From Candidatus Latescibacterota bacterium (GTDB taxonomy: Bacteria > Latescibacterota > UBA2968): DNA of 64,000 nucleotides. The translations under genes were made by a program, and so were the position numbers. Numbering within the stretch: position 1 is the first letter of the stretch; each line of letters opens with the position of its first letter. Shown here piece by piece: positions 29,009 through 38,731 of the stretch. The stretch spans positions 4,768,001 to 4,832,000 of the forward strand of contig OZ220741.1 of the NCBI GenBank assembly GCA_965116885.1. The letters run 5' to 3'. Under the pieces are notes generated by a model. It was not told the DNA's origin, searched no databases, and worked only from the letters and a program-made list of their open reading frames with translations.

Positions 29009-29251
29009 GTGTTCAAAGAACATGAACAAATCGTGCTCACTGCCGATGTAGTCGGCGATGAAGGAGAAGAACTGAAATCGGGTGATGCGGGCACCATCAT
29101 CCACATCCACCCAAATGAAGAAGCTCTTGTAGCGGAGTTCATGTCCCTTGATGGCGACACAGTGGCCATCGCGACAGTGTTACCGTCACAGGCACGCCCC
29201 GTGACTAACGCGGACCTCACACATGCCAGAACGGTTCCGGCTACTGTCTGA
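29009..29251 (+). CDS. DUF4926 family small protein (putative antitoxin-like)
   Basis: KEHEQIVL...LKSGDAGTIIHIH....VAEF...DG.TVAIATV; GGAGG RBS. Confidence 0.75.
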   Translation: MFKEHEQIVLTADVVGDEGEELKSGDAGTIIHIHPNEEALVAEFMSLDGDTVAIATVLPSQARPVTNADLTHARTVPATV

Positions 29252-29333
29252 CCCTTGCATCGATTTCGGGGGCGTAATGGGGCGCAATAGAGGCACTATA
29301 GGGGCGCATTGGAAACGCCTGTGAGACTTCGGT

Positions 29334-29426
29334 TGGCTTATTCTGGCTTATTCTGGCTTATTCTGGCTTATTAGGGTCTCATTGGGGTCTTATTGGGGTC
29401 TTATTGGGGTCTTATTGGGGTCTTAT
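29334..29426. repeat. Compound tandem repeat
   Basis: TTCTGGCTTA x3 (29341-29370), then ATTGGGGTCTT x4 (29381-29424). Confidence 0.95.
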
Positions 29427-29647
29427 CCGTTTCTCCACGGGCCGTACAGTCCCCGGCAAACGATATGTGATCAATGATGGATAGCTTGACTCAGGAGCTA
29501 TGACAAGCTGTGACGAACCATCACAGAATCGCGGAAAAAATGACCCCCCCGACTACTCCGTATAGGAGAGTGCTCGCCTGGAGCACTTGTCATCAGGGGG
29601 GAACCTTTTTATCCATTGGGCAGAATAAAACCTGAAGCAACAAATCT

Positions 29648-30394
29648 CTAAACCGCCATCGCCTCTTCTTTCAAATCATTCAACCCTTCAAACTCGCGCC
29701 AGATATCGGCCATAGCATCCGTGCTATTTTCTCTGGCATTGACGTGTCGGGGTCTGAAAATCACGGCATACCGGATATCGGGTGAATGATTTGGGCCTCC
29801 ATTGTGATACATCTGGTGATGGCAGATCACTGCATCGCCTGCCTCGCCCATAAACTGAATCGGACCATGCGGCAAATCGATATTGGGAATCCGGCGATTG
29901 GCCTTTGCCGTCTCCACATAATTGGGATCCTTTTGAAACGCCGCCTCATAAGCGCGATGAGACCCCGGCCAAAAACAGAAATTGCCCATATATGGTCGCG
30001 GAACATCGTGGACCAGAACCACCACCAGCAGCGTCATACCGCGACTCAGCAACCCATCTTTCAGCTTCCCGCCCAAATCCAGATGCCCTCGCGTCAGCGG
30101 ACGCTCCTCTGCATCGGGAAAATTGAGCTTCACATTACCTCCCTGCGGTGGAATCAACTTCCCCTCTCCCACAACTGACTCGCACAGACCCCAAAGCGGC
30201 GACTTATTAAATAAATCTGCAATCACCGGCTCATTGCTCAACCCCGGATTTCGTCCCTGTTGCATCACACGATAACGCATGTGATAATTAATAGCCCTGC
30301 GTGCCTGATCGGCCATCAACTTTGGCACAGCCCCTCGCACAAGCACATATCCCTCTTCGAAAAACTGCTGCTTTTGAGCTTTGGTCATTTGCAT
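29648..30394 (-). CDS. PhyH family dioxygenase (HxD)
   Basis: FFEEGYV, GHLD, GNF..WPGSH, MYHNGGPN. Confidence 0.88.
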   Translation of the reverse strand: MQMTKAQKQQFFEEGYVLVRGAVPKLMADQARRAINYHMRYRVMQQGRNPGLSNEPVIADLFNKSPLWGLCESVVGEGKLIPPQGGNVKLNFPDAEERPLTRGHLDLGGKLKDGLLSRGMTLLVVVLVHDVPRPYMGNFCFWPGSHRAYEAAFQKDPNYVETAKANRRIPNIDLPHGPIQFMGEAGDAVICHHQMYHNGGPNHSPDIRYAVIFRPRHVNARENSTDAMADIWREFEGLNDLKEEAMAV

Positions 30395-30403
30395 GGCAAC
30401 CTC

Positions 30404-31375
30404 CTATTCATAATCCAGCACAACCTTAATCGCCTCGTCGCGATGATCGATAAACAACTCAAACCCCTTTTGCACCTCTGTAAACGGCAAATGGTGTGTG
30501 ATAATCGGCGAGACATCGATACGTCCCTGTGCGATCATATCCATAGCCAGGGGATAATCATTCAGCGAATCTGGCCCCACAGAGCCGACCAGCGTCACAT
30601 TCTTACTGAAAAAAGCGCGATAATTAAACGCATACACATCGTCATCGGGCACGCCAAACGCCAGCACCGTGCCCAGGCGTTTGGTCAAATTCAGACACAA
30701 ATTGACCGTATCCTGATTGTGCCCCACAATCTCCACCACCAGATCGGCCATGCGTCCATCCGTAATATCTCTCACAACAGCCACCACATCTTCCCTATCG
30801 GGATTCACCACATGGGTCGCCCGCATCTTTTTGGCCGCCTCGACACGAAAATCGACCGTATCCACAGCCACAACGGTCTTCGCCCCCAAATTGCTCAACA
30901 AATGCGTCATCAACAAACCCATTGGCCCCTGCCCCACCACCACGGCGTCCTGATTGAGAATATTGCCCAACTTGCGACACGCCCAAATCACCGTCCCCAA
31001 AGGCTGTGACATCAACAATTCATCAAGCGGTTTATAATCCACGAGATGAACCCCTACTCTTTCACTCGAAATATAATATTCAGCCAACCCACCGATACCC
31101 GCCGTGGGCCGCGCCTGCACAAAATCCCCCGGTTGAAACCGATCCGACGACGACGCAACCACCGTACCAATACACTCGTGAATCGAAGTCCCGATATTCA
31201 TCGGATACACCGCGTCCGGTTGTTTCAATACAAACTTTGGCGAATCCGACCCACAAATCGCGGTCATATGCGCCTTAACCTTTATCGATCCCCCTGGAAA
31301 ATCCTCAATATTCGGCTCATCGGCCTCAAACATCTCAATCTGCCGATGAGCGACAACGTGTGCTGCTTTCACCAA
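30404..31375 (-). CDS. Zinc-binding (MDR) alcohol/sugar dehydrogenase
   Basis: ICGSD, IHE, QPL, VVGQGPMG, AIKVVL. Confidence 0.88.
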   Translation of the reverse strand: MVKAAHVVAHRQIEMFEADEPNIEDFPGGSIKVKAHMTAICGSDSPKFVLKQPDAVYPMNIGTSIHECIGTVVASSSDRFQPGDFVQARPTAGIGGLAEYYISSERVGVHLVDYKPLDELLMSQPLGTVIWACRKLGNILNQDAVVVGQGPMGLLMTHLLSNLGAKTVVAVDTVDFRVEAAKKMRATHVVNPDREDVVAVVRDITDGRMADLVVEIVGHNQDTVNLCLNLTKRLGTVLAFGVPDDDVYAFNYRAFFSKNVTLVGSVGPDSLNDYPLAMDMIAQGRIDVSPIITHHLPFTEVQKGFELFIDHRDEAIKVVLDYE

Positions 31376-31403
31376 TGCCTCCTTTAGAAACTTTTAGATC
31401 AGC

Positions 31404-31430
31404 GGGCGGGCACAGGGGCACCGCCCCTAC
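31404..31430 (-). repeat. GTAG-family REP-like palindrome
   Basis: Minus strand GTAG-GGGCGGTGC-CCCTGT-GCCCGCCC; same loop as 19551-19576. Confidence 0.65.
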
Positions 31431-31457
31431 ATTGATTGCTATCGCCTATCCATCCCC

Positions 31458-33218
31458 TCAATCCGCCGCTTCAATCCGCGGAGCCTCTAACTCACTGCGC
31501 TTTCCCAACCAGATGAACACACCGCCAACGCCCAGTACAAAACCGCCCACAAACAGAATCCCCAGACGTCCAATCAGTGGATTGGGCAAAAAGACGAGCA
31601 TACAAATCACCCCGCCAATAACCGCAGCAAAACTACCGATAATTTTGAGCTGGCGCAAATCATTTGGTATGCCGATCTCTTTCTCAAAATCAACCGGAGT
31701 CAGCATGCGATCAAAAAAGTCCTGCGCTTGCCTCTTATAAACTTCCGGCGTGCGATTCCAGAACGGCATCGTCAACAAATAAACCACTATCCCCACGGCG
31801 AGATTGGTAAACACCTTCTGCTGAAATGACCAGGTCTCGCCAAAAAGCTCCGCGCTAAAAAAACCAATTGCCGATGGAATCAGCGTCACACACACCGTCA
31901 CAATCGCCGCCCAACTCGGCGACGTGCGAATAAACAATCCCATCAAAGCAGGCACAGCCATCGGCAACGCCAACAACGCGCCGATATTCAACATATGCTC
32001 GAACACCCCTCTGCCCTCTGTATTCGCAAAATACGTGGCAATACTCACAATACACACCCCAAACACCGCTGAAAACACCTGCCCCAACCGCATCAGGCTC
32101 TTGCCCTGCATAGTCGCCCGTCCAAATAACCGGCACAGCGTCGGATAAATATCATTCGTAAAAATCGCCGCATTGCGGTTCAACCCCGAATCCATCGAAC
32201 TCATCGTCGCCGCAAACATCGCCACCACCATCAGCCCCGTCATACCCAGCGGCAACACATTCAAACTCGCAATAGCATACGCCGCTTCCGCAGCCTTGGG
32301 AATATCGACCGCCATCACCTCGGCGTGAAACAAAAGCCGCGCAGTCATCGGCGGAATAAACCAGATAAAAGCACCCGCCGTCATCAGCACAAAGCCCAGC
32401 CACGCCGCCTTTTGCGCCTCGCGTCCATCCTTCACCAGAAAATACCGCTGCGCCGACGTAAGCGTATTGTATCCAATCACATTCTTCAGCAGCATCGCGA
32501 TAGCCCACGCATACGTATAAGCCCGCAGCGGAAACTGGTCGGGTGCATTAAACACACCATAAGCCGACGACAGCCCCATATCCTGAATGCCCTGAAACAA
32601 CGCACCCACGCCGCCGAGCTTCACCAGACACAACACCCCCACCAGAATAGTAATGGGAATAAGAATAAGCGTCTGCAAAAAATCCGTAGCCGTCACCGCC
32701 CAGCTCCCCCCAATCAGCGAATAGAGCAACACCACCGCCCCCACCACCACGATCACCTGCTCAATTTTATATCCAAACACCGCCGAACAGAAAATCGCCA
32801 ACCCCAGAAGATGCAGCGACGAATACAGCGTTTGCATCACAAAAGACATCCACGCGTAAAATTGCTGCGTCGAAATGCCAAAGCGCAGACGAATAACCTC
32901 TGGACCCGTAATCGCCCGGATCTGCCGAAACCACTTGGCGAGAAACAAACCGTTGATTGCAAACCCCACTGAATTTGCCAGATAAATCACCAGCACACTC
33001 CAGCCAGCTTCATAAGCCGCACCCGCCGCGCCCGAAAAAGTCCACGCACTAAACGCCGTCATAAACGCACTCGACCCCACCAGCCACCAGGTGCCCTTAC
33101 AGCCGTTTCGAAAATAATCACTCACATTTTCATTAAAACGGCGAAACACCATCCCCACCCCAACCAACACGGCCAAATAACACCCGATCACAACATATTC
33201 AACCGATGTTTCACTCAT
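31458..33218 (-). CDS. Sodium:solute symporter family transporter
   Basis: SDYF, WWLVG.S.F...FSA.TF.G..G.AY, GG..AV..TD..Q, AATMSSMDSGLN; many TM helices. Confidence 0.92.
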   Translation of the reverse strand: MSETSVEYVVIGCYLAVLVGVGMVFRRFNENVSDYFRNGCKGTWWLVGSSAFMTAFSAWTFSGAAGAAYEAGWSVLVIYLANSVGFAINGLFLAKWFRQIRAITGPEVIRLRFGISTQQFYAWMSFVMQTLYSSLHLLGLAIFCSAVFGYKIEQVIVVVGAVVLLYSLIGGSWAVTATDFLQTLILIPITILVGVLCLVKLGGVGALFQGIQDMGLSSAYGVFNAPDQFPLRAYTYAWAIAMLLKNVIGYNTLTSAQRYFLVKDGREAQKAAWLGFVLMTAGAFIWFIPPMTARLLFHAEVMAVDIPKAAEAAYAIASLNVLPLGMTGLMVVAMFAATMSSMDSGLNRNAAIFTNDIYPTLCRLFGRATMQGKSLMRLGQVFSAVFGVCIVSIATYFANTEGRGVFEHMLNIGALLALPMAVPALMGLFIRTSPSWAAIVTVCVTLIPSAIGFFSAELFGETWSFQQKVFTNLAVGIVVYLLTMPFWNRTPEVYKRQAQDFFDRMLTPVDFEKEIGIPNDLRQLKIIGSFAAVIGGVICMLVFLPNPLIGRLGILFVGGFVLGVGGVFIWLGKRSELEAPRIEAAD

Positions 33219-33239
33219 AAGGAGTTCTCCGATTAACCA

Positions 33240-35216
33240 TCACCAGTGATGCACCAGATGCCCTTGCCCAAAGAAAAACAACACATCCACGATAAAAATC
33301 AACCCAATACCCAGAACATAACCGAGCATCAGCCCCATAAACAAAGGCAGAGATTGGCGATAAAGTCCAATACCGCCAATTTTTAACAAAACGGATTTCA
33401 CCATCCACGCCACAAAAACCGTAAACACCTGCCGCTGCAAAATACCCGTAGTAAACACCGTCAACCCAATGGGACTCAACGGCCACCTCAAAAACCGATA
33501 GCGCAAAAAACTACACAAAACGGTGAGACCCGCGCCAATACCAAAAAACATCAGCCTATCCAGACTGATGCCAAAGGGATTTTGCAATTTCTTCACCACA
33601 TTGCTAAAAATCACCACATTCCCGGAATTAAACGTATAAACATTAAAATTGTACGCGCCGTACATATACCCCAGATACAGCGTGAACACCGCCGAAATAA
33701 CCATCGACACCACCAGGGCGCACATCGTTGTCCAGAATAGCGAGCGGGTCTTGAGCTTGAGCCTCGCGCCCATCTGCGCGATATGTGCCAGCGTAGAAGC
33801 ACCAAAAGTATTGCCCAGGCCAAACGTCGAATAAGACAGCGCCAGAGACGCGGCGCTATTGGTATCCATCTGCCGAATACCAATCGTATAAAACGTAAAG
33901 CTCTGCGGCGTAATGGGCATCCGCGCATAAGCCAAACCCGACTCAGCCACAAACCGCGTCACCCCCACCGTCATCAAAATCAGCGCAAAAAGAAAAACGC
34001 CAGACACGAGCGCGGACATACCCGAATGCCACAACCAGAAAAACAGAAACGCCGCCCCCACAATAATCCCCCACACCGCCGCCCGATAAGACAACAACTC
34101 ATCCGAATCATCCACATCATCATCGCCGCGCATCGCCTTGCGCCACACATCCCGCAAATGCGCACGCGCCATCCACATACTCAACGCCGTAAATACAAAA
34201 AAAGCCCCCATCGCCTGCCAGCCCAACGCAGCGCCACCGCGAGACCCCCAGATATCGGACGCCCCAATAGTATATCCCAAACGGTCAAAAACACCGGTTT
34301 GCACAATGCCCAGCGCGTAGAAAAACCACAAACTGAACAACACATCGAGATTGGTAAAAAAGGCGAACCCCAGCACAAAAAAATTCAATTTAATCGTAAC
34401 ACTCGGAAATCCGCGCCCAAGTGGCAAAGCCCATCTGTCCATCAACGGAATAGGTGGAAAAGTATGCCAAAAATAACCCACGATATTCCACACCACCACA
34501 ACCACGGGAATGGTCAGTCCAACCCAGAACAAGCGAGAATGCAGGAGCCTGTATTTTCCTGCTTCAATCTCCTCCAACATCGTCAGCGGTGCTTCAGCCA
34601 GGGGAAAAGGCAGGCGTTCTCGATCCACCCACTGCCGCCGCAACACAGCCATCAGTGCCACGCTCACCAGTGCCAGTGCAATGAGAAAAACACCCCACCA
34701 CACAAGCGGCGTCATCCACGCATCCCAGGGAATATCAACCCCTGGGGGCTTGCCCTCAAAAAAATACGTCATCTGATCGGCGTGATTGGGCGGTGCGGCC
34801 CATTTGGGCAATCCATCCAACAAATAATCGCCCCACTGATTCTCGGGCGAAGCGTAATAATACGGCGCGGCAATCCCCCCAATAAACAAACCCATAAAAT
34901 TCGCCGCAGGCACAGCCCCTGCAATCCAACCCATTGAAAAAACCACCACCATCTCACCTTGCGACAGCGCCCACTGCGGCTTTACCCGCGCCATCAGAAC
35001 ATTCAACGGCCACGCCAGCACCGTGAAAACCACCATAGTCGCCATGGGCAAATGGGCAAAAACCATACGCGACGAATGCACGATATAGGCCGAATAAGCG
35101 GGCAACAAATTCACCAGAAACGTTACCGCAATCCCCACGCAAAAAGCGCGTGTGGTCACGCTCAGATGTTTGCTCTCCGGGTGCAAATCCCCATCCAACG
35201 CTTTCAACTCGGCCAT
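33240..35216 (-). CDS. Large polytopic membrane protein (DUF6785/DUF6784-like, OPT-related putative transporter)
   Basis: LRRQWVDRERLPFPL, RFVAESG, RYRF..WPL.PIG, K..GG..LY....P.F.GL.LG; highly hydrophobic. Confidence 0.65.
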   Translation of the reverse strand: MAELKALDGDLHPESKHLSVTTRAFCVGIAVTFLVNLLPAYSAYIVHSSRMVFAHLPMATMVVFTVLAWPLNVLMARVKPQWALSQGEMVVVFSMGWIAGAVPAANFMGLFIGGIAAPYYYASPENQWGDYLLDGLPKWAAPPNHADQMTYFFEGKPPGVDIPWDAWMTPLVWWGVFLIALALVSVALMAVLRRQWVDRERLPFPLAEAPLTMLEEIEAGKYRLLHSRLFWVGLTIPVVVVVWNIVGYFWHTFPPIPLMDRWALPLGRGFPSVTIKLNFFVLGFAFFTNLDVLFSLWFFYALGIVQTGVFDRLGYTIGASDIWGSRGGAALGWQAMGAFFVFTALSMWMARAHLRDVWRKAMRGDDDVDDSDELLSYRAAVWGIIVGAAFLFFWLWHSGMSALVSGVFLFALILMTVGVTRFVAESGLAYARMPITPQSFTFYTIGIRQMDTNSAASLALSYSTFGLGNTFGASTLAHIAQMGARLKLKTRSLFWTTMCALVVSMVISAVFTLYLGYMYGAYNFNVYTFNSGNVVIFSNVVKKLQNPFGISLDRLMFFGIGAGLTVLCSFLRYRFLRWPLSPIGLTVFTTGILQRQVFTVFVAWMVKSVLLKIGGIGLYRQSLPLFMGLMLGYVLGIGLIFIVDVLFFFGQGHLVHHW

Positions 35217-35365
35217 CGCAATCTCTCAAAAACTCAGGGCAGGTCCTGCGCTACAATATCTTCCGTGCAATGTACCTCAAAAAGCAAGTGTGTGCAAGGC
35301 ATCCATCCCCTGCACACACCGGTTGTGGTTCAGGATCTATCAGCGATCCACTCACAGACCGCTAT

Positions 35366-36328
35366 TTAAAACGACCCACTAACAGCCAGGCGCAACGGCG
35401 CATCGAAATACACACCGCCATCGCTATAAGACAGATCCACGCGGATATCGCGCCCGCCAAAATCGTACTTCAGGCCAGCGCCCAAACTGTAATCCTCCAC
35501 GTCGTAGTTGACCTTATATCCACCGCGCAATGCGAGCATATTGGAAATCCAAAGCTCACCCCCAAAATTCCACCGCTGACCGTAATCAGTAGCCATAATG
35601 GTCTCGGCCGCAAGCGTCAAATACGTCGGGTCGCCTTGCTCGCCATAGACCTCACCTGCCAGCCCAAAATTGAAATTGATCGGCGGTGAATACTGCTCGG
35701 TTTCCACAGTAACATCAGCACCCACATTGCGTGCGGCAGCGGCAATACGCAAACTGCGATAGCCCGTATATGCCGAAATGCCCAGGTCAAACTGAAATGT
35801 ACTCGTCGTCTTGAGCACCAGATCTTCCTGCACCCACCGCGCCTGCACGCCCCACGACACTTTATCGGTCATCTGACGCGCAAACATAAACCCAATGGCC
35901 GTATCGCCGCCCTGGATCATACGCCCGGTACCTGTGGCTTGAAAAATCGTCGTTTCCTCCACCTCTTCGGGCACAAAGCTCACAATTGAAACGCCAAACG
36001 TATTGCCGCCCCATTTGTAAGCCAACGCCCCCGAATACAATCCCGAATTGACCAGCCAGCGCGTGTAGGACAGCGCGTATTCACCGCCCGAAACAAATCC
36101 CAGCGCACCGGGATTGTAAAAAGACGCATCAATACCGCCGTTCATAGCGACAAAGGCTTCGCCCATAGCCACGGCACGGGGCGACGCACCGATTTTGAGA
36201 AATGCCAGCGACGACTGGCCCTTCACCGGCAAAATCGTACCGTATTCGCCAAAATCCGACTGTGCAAAGGCCGGTCCTGTCATCAGCCCGACCACCAGCA
36301 TCAGCACCAGTAATATTCGTTTGTTCAT
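35366..36328 (-). CDS. PorV/PorQ family outer-membrane beta-barrel
   Basis: Signal peptide; FLKIG.SPRA.AMGEAFVA...FYNP.AL; LALRGGY; terminal Phe. Confidence 0.85.
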   Translation of the reverse strand: MNKRILLVLMLVVGLMTGPAFAQSDFGEYGTILPVKGQSSLAFLKIGASPRAVAMGEAFVAMNGGIDASFYNPGALGFVSGGEYALSYTRWLVNSGLYSGALAYKWGGNTFGVSIVSFVPEEVEETTIFQATGTGRMIQGGDTAIGFMFARQMTDKVSWGVQARWVQEDLVLKTTSTFQFDLGISAYTGYRSLRIAAAARNVGADVTVETEQYSPPINFNFGLAGEVYGEQGDPTYLTLAAETIMATDYGQRWNFGGELWISNMLALRGGYKVNYDVEDYSLGAGLKYDFGGRDIRVDLSYSDGGVYFDAPLRLAVSGSF

Positions 36329-36338
36329 GTCAGGCTCC

Positions 36339-38714
36339 CTATCTCAAAATGTAAAACGTCCCCGTCACCGTTTGCCCCATACTTTCGGGCGTCAGCGATT
36401 CAACGACGTAAAAATAAATCCCGCTGGCCACATCAGGCGAAGTCACATTGCGTTCAATTTGGAACCACGATGCTTCGCCCGAATTGGCATCGTCGTGCAG
36501 GATTTCACCCACAATATCGCCCGCCACATTGAAAATCAGCACGCGGCTTTTGGGGGGCAATCCCAGAAAGCGGATCTTTTTTGAACTCTGGTAATTATAA
36601 CCCGATTCCGACAAACTAAACGGATTGGGCACCACGCGCACGCGCTTTTCCGGCCATGACGGCGCCAGACCCGGCTGAAACGGACTGAGATCCAGGTTCA
36701 CGCGCTGCTCGGGGGCAGAATATCCACCTTCGAGTCCAGCCTGTAAATGACCCTGCACTTCTTCGGGCAAATCGCCCATGCTCGACATGCCATTGCTCCA
36801 TGAACTGCGCGATTTGGCAAAAGCCCGCACATTGTAAAAGTATCGGAACCCGGCAACCGCCGTATTATCGCGCCACACGTATTGACCGCCCGAATAGTCC
36901 CAGGTAGATCCGGAGGTACCTGCAGTGACAGTACCTACGTCTTCCCATGGACCAAATTCCTGATAGGCAGATCGGAACACGCGATATCCCACCACATCGG
37001 CATCGCCAAAATCGGGGTTTACCGACGATTCAGCATCGTCGTTCCACGTCAATGTAATCTCGGCATCCTGATTCACCCCAGGCGAAAACTTCACATCGGG
37101 CGGATAATCGGGCAGATCGTACATATTGTCGTACGCAAATTGCGCGGCCTTCAAATGCGCCACAAGAGCGGCTTCGCCCTTGCTCAACCGCGCCAATCGT
37201 TCTTCTACGGGCAGAGGAATGTCTTTCAGACAAAATGTCTGCACATCCACTGCATAAGCCGACTGGCCTTCTCGGGATATCGCCTGCGCGCCTGTCCCGG
37301 CGACATAAGCCACCACGATCTTGGCCTTCTCGCCCACAGCCAGATTATACGGCCCAAAAGTGAGTGCATTGGCCATCGCATTGACGGTGGTTGGATTGGC
37401 ATCCGTTGTTCCCGAAAAAGTTTCGTAAATGCCCTGCTCTGAATCGCTCTGCAAATTCGGCAAATCCGTATTCAAACCCCAGAAATCGCGCGTTTCCCAC
37501 CACTTTGACGTCCTGGGTTGTTCGCCCACCGGATTGACGTATTTGCCCTGATCATTGGCATTGAACACATGCGACGGTCCACCATCGCGATAGGCCAATG
37601 GCGCAACGCCCACATACTGCGGCGATCTCATTTGCCCGTCAAACACGCCGCCCGGTAATCTCTTCGCATTGCCGTGTACGCTTTCAATATAAACGGGTTG
37701 TCCGGTGTCCTCTTCAGCGCGCTGGATACTGTCGCCATCCCACTGATAATTCATCTTCAAATCTATGTATTCAGCAGGTCCGTCGTAATTCGGCGCACCC
37801 GTATAGCGGTATTGATCGTCTTGTGGCTGATACGATCCGGGCATGCCAGATCCGATGCTGTTCCAATTGCCCTCGCCCGACATGCTTACCGTAAAGCCCT
37901 GAACAAATGAGAAATACGCCCCGGTCAGGTTATGTCCAGCACCGCCGTTCACATCTGCAACACCATCGCCATCGGAATCACCCGTGTTCTCAAATTCCAC
38001 TTCCAGAATAAAGAAATCGTCAAACCCCTGATAACTCCAGGCCATGGCTTTGCGCGTGATCGTAACACCGTGTTTGGTCGTCCACCTGCTAAAAACGATA
38101 TCTTCTGCGCGGTCGTCCTTATCGGCGTCCATGTACTGACCCCACCGATGGTTGAGGACCTCATAGGGCACACCAGTTCTCGGCGCGTCGGTTTGCAATG
38201 CTGCGCCGGGATACCAGTTGGGCATAATTGCTCCCGCACCCAATCCATGGGGTGGCACCTCGACCTGATATCCCCAGCTGGCTTCGAGACTGTTGGCAAT
38301 ATCGTAATACATCGGTGCGATATCCGCCGAAGGCGTCCACGGTCCCGAATACGATACCCCGTATTCGCCGCCGACATTGGTCAACACCCATATACCTTCC
38401 CCTCCCGACAAATTCTGTGCCTCATTTTTTTGTTCAGCCCAGCTAAAACCGTTCTTTTTGCCGAAATACTCGATATAGTCCGCACCCGCCATATTGAGCA
38501 TAAGGCCATTGCCCATGCCCGGATACGTCAAGCGGGGTGCGCCGCGAGAACTTCGGTCGTCCCAGACACCGCCCTGAGTTCCTTCATTGCGAAATCCGGT
38601 CCAGAGTTGCCCGCGGGTGAGTTGCCGCAGATTCTGCGTGTCCAGGGAATAGGCATTAAACGCCCACCCGACAACTATCAGGATCAGGACAGCAGCTTGA
38701 AATCTCCTGTTCAT
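36339..38714 (-). CDS. Secreted protein with FN3-like and C-terminal T9SS-CTD/FlgD-Ig-like domain
   Basis: Signal peptide; LTW...GYRVFRS...Y.Y.VRAF; VRVVPNPF...IRF.GLP....IFNVAG...W...VASGIYFYVVE...G.F.ILR. Confidence 0.7.
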   Translation of the reverse strand: MNRRFQAAVLILIVVGWAFNAYSLDTQNLRQLTRGQLWTGFRNEGTQGGVWDDRSSRGAPRLTYPGMGNGLMLNMAGADYIEYFGKKNGFSWAEQKNEAQNLSGGEGIWVLTNVGGEYGVSYSGPWTPSADIAPMYYDIANSLEASWGYQVEVPPHGLGAGAIMPNWYPGAALQTDAPRTGVPYEVLNHRWGQYMDADKDDRAEDIVFSRWTTKHGVTITRKAMAWSYQGFDDFFILEVEFENTGDSDGDGVADVNGGAGHNLTGAYFSFVQGFTVSMSGEGNWNSIGSGMPGSYQPQDDQYRYTGAPNYDGPAEYIDLKMNYQWDGDSIQRAEEDTGQPVYIESVHGNAKRLPGGVFDGQMRSPQYVGVAPLAYRDGGPSHVFNANDQGKYVNPVGEQPRTSKWWETRDFWGLNTDLPNLQSDSEQGIYETFSGTTDANPTTVNAMANALTFGPYNLAVGEKAKIVVAYVAGTGAQAISREGQSAYAVDVQTFCLKDIPLPVEERLARLSKGEAALVAHLKAAQFAYDNMYDLPDYPPDVKFSPGVNQDAEITLTWNDDAESSVNPDFGDADVVGYRVFRSAYQEFGPWEDVGTVTAGTSGSTWDYSGGQYVWRDNTAVAGFRYFYNVRAFAKSRSSWSNGMSSMGDLPEEVQGHLQAGLEGGYSAPEQRVNLDLSPFQPGLAPSWPEKRVRVVPNPFSLSESGYNYQSSKKIRFLGLPPKSRVLIFNVAGDIVGEILHDDANSGEASWFQIERNVTSPDVASGIYFYVVESLTPESMGQTVTGTFYILR

Positions 38715-38731
38715 ATCACTATCCTCCAATT

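Noticed and set aside
29334..29426. Possible CRISPR array
   Set aside because: Units are 10-11 bp, directly tandem with no unique spacers, and no cas genes are present.
29544..29601. Possible hammerhead ribozyme (CTGATGA on the minus strand followed by a stem)
   Set aside because: The required GAAA core after stem II is absent.
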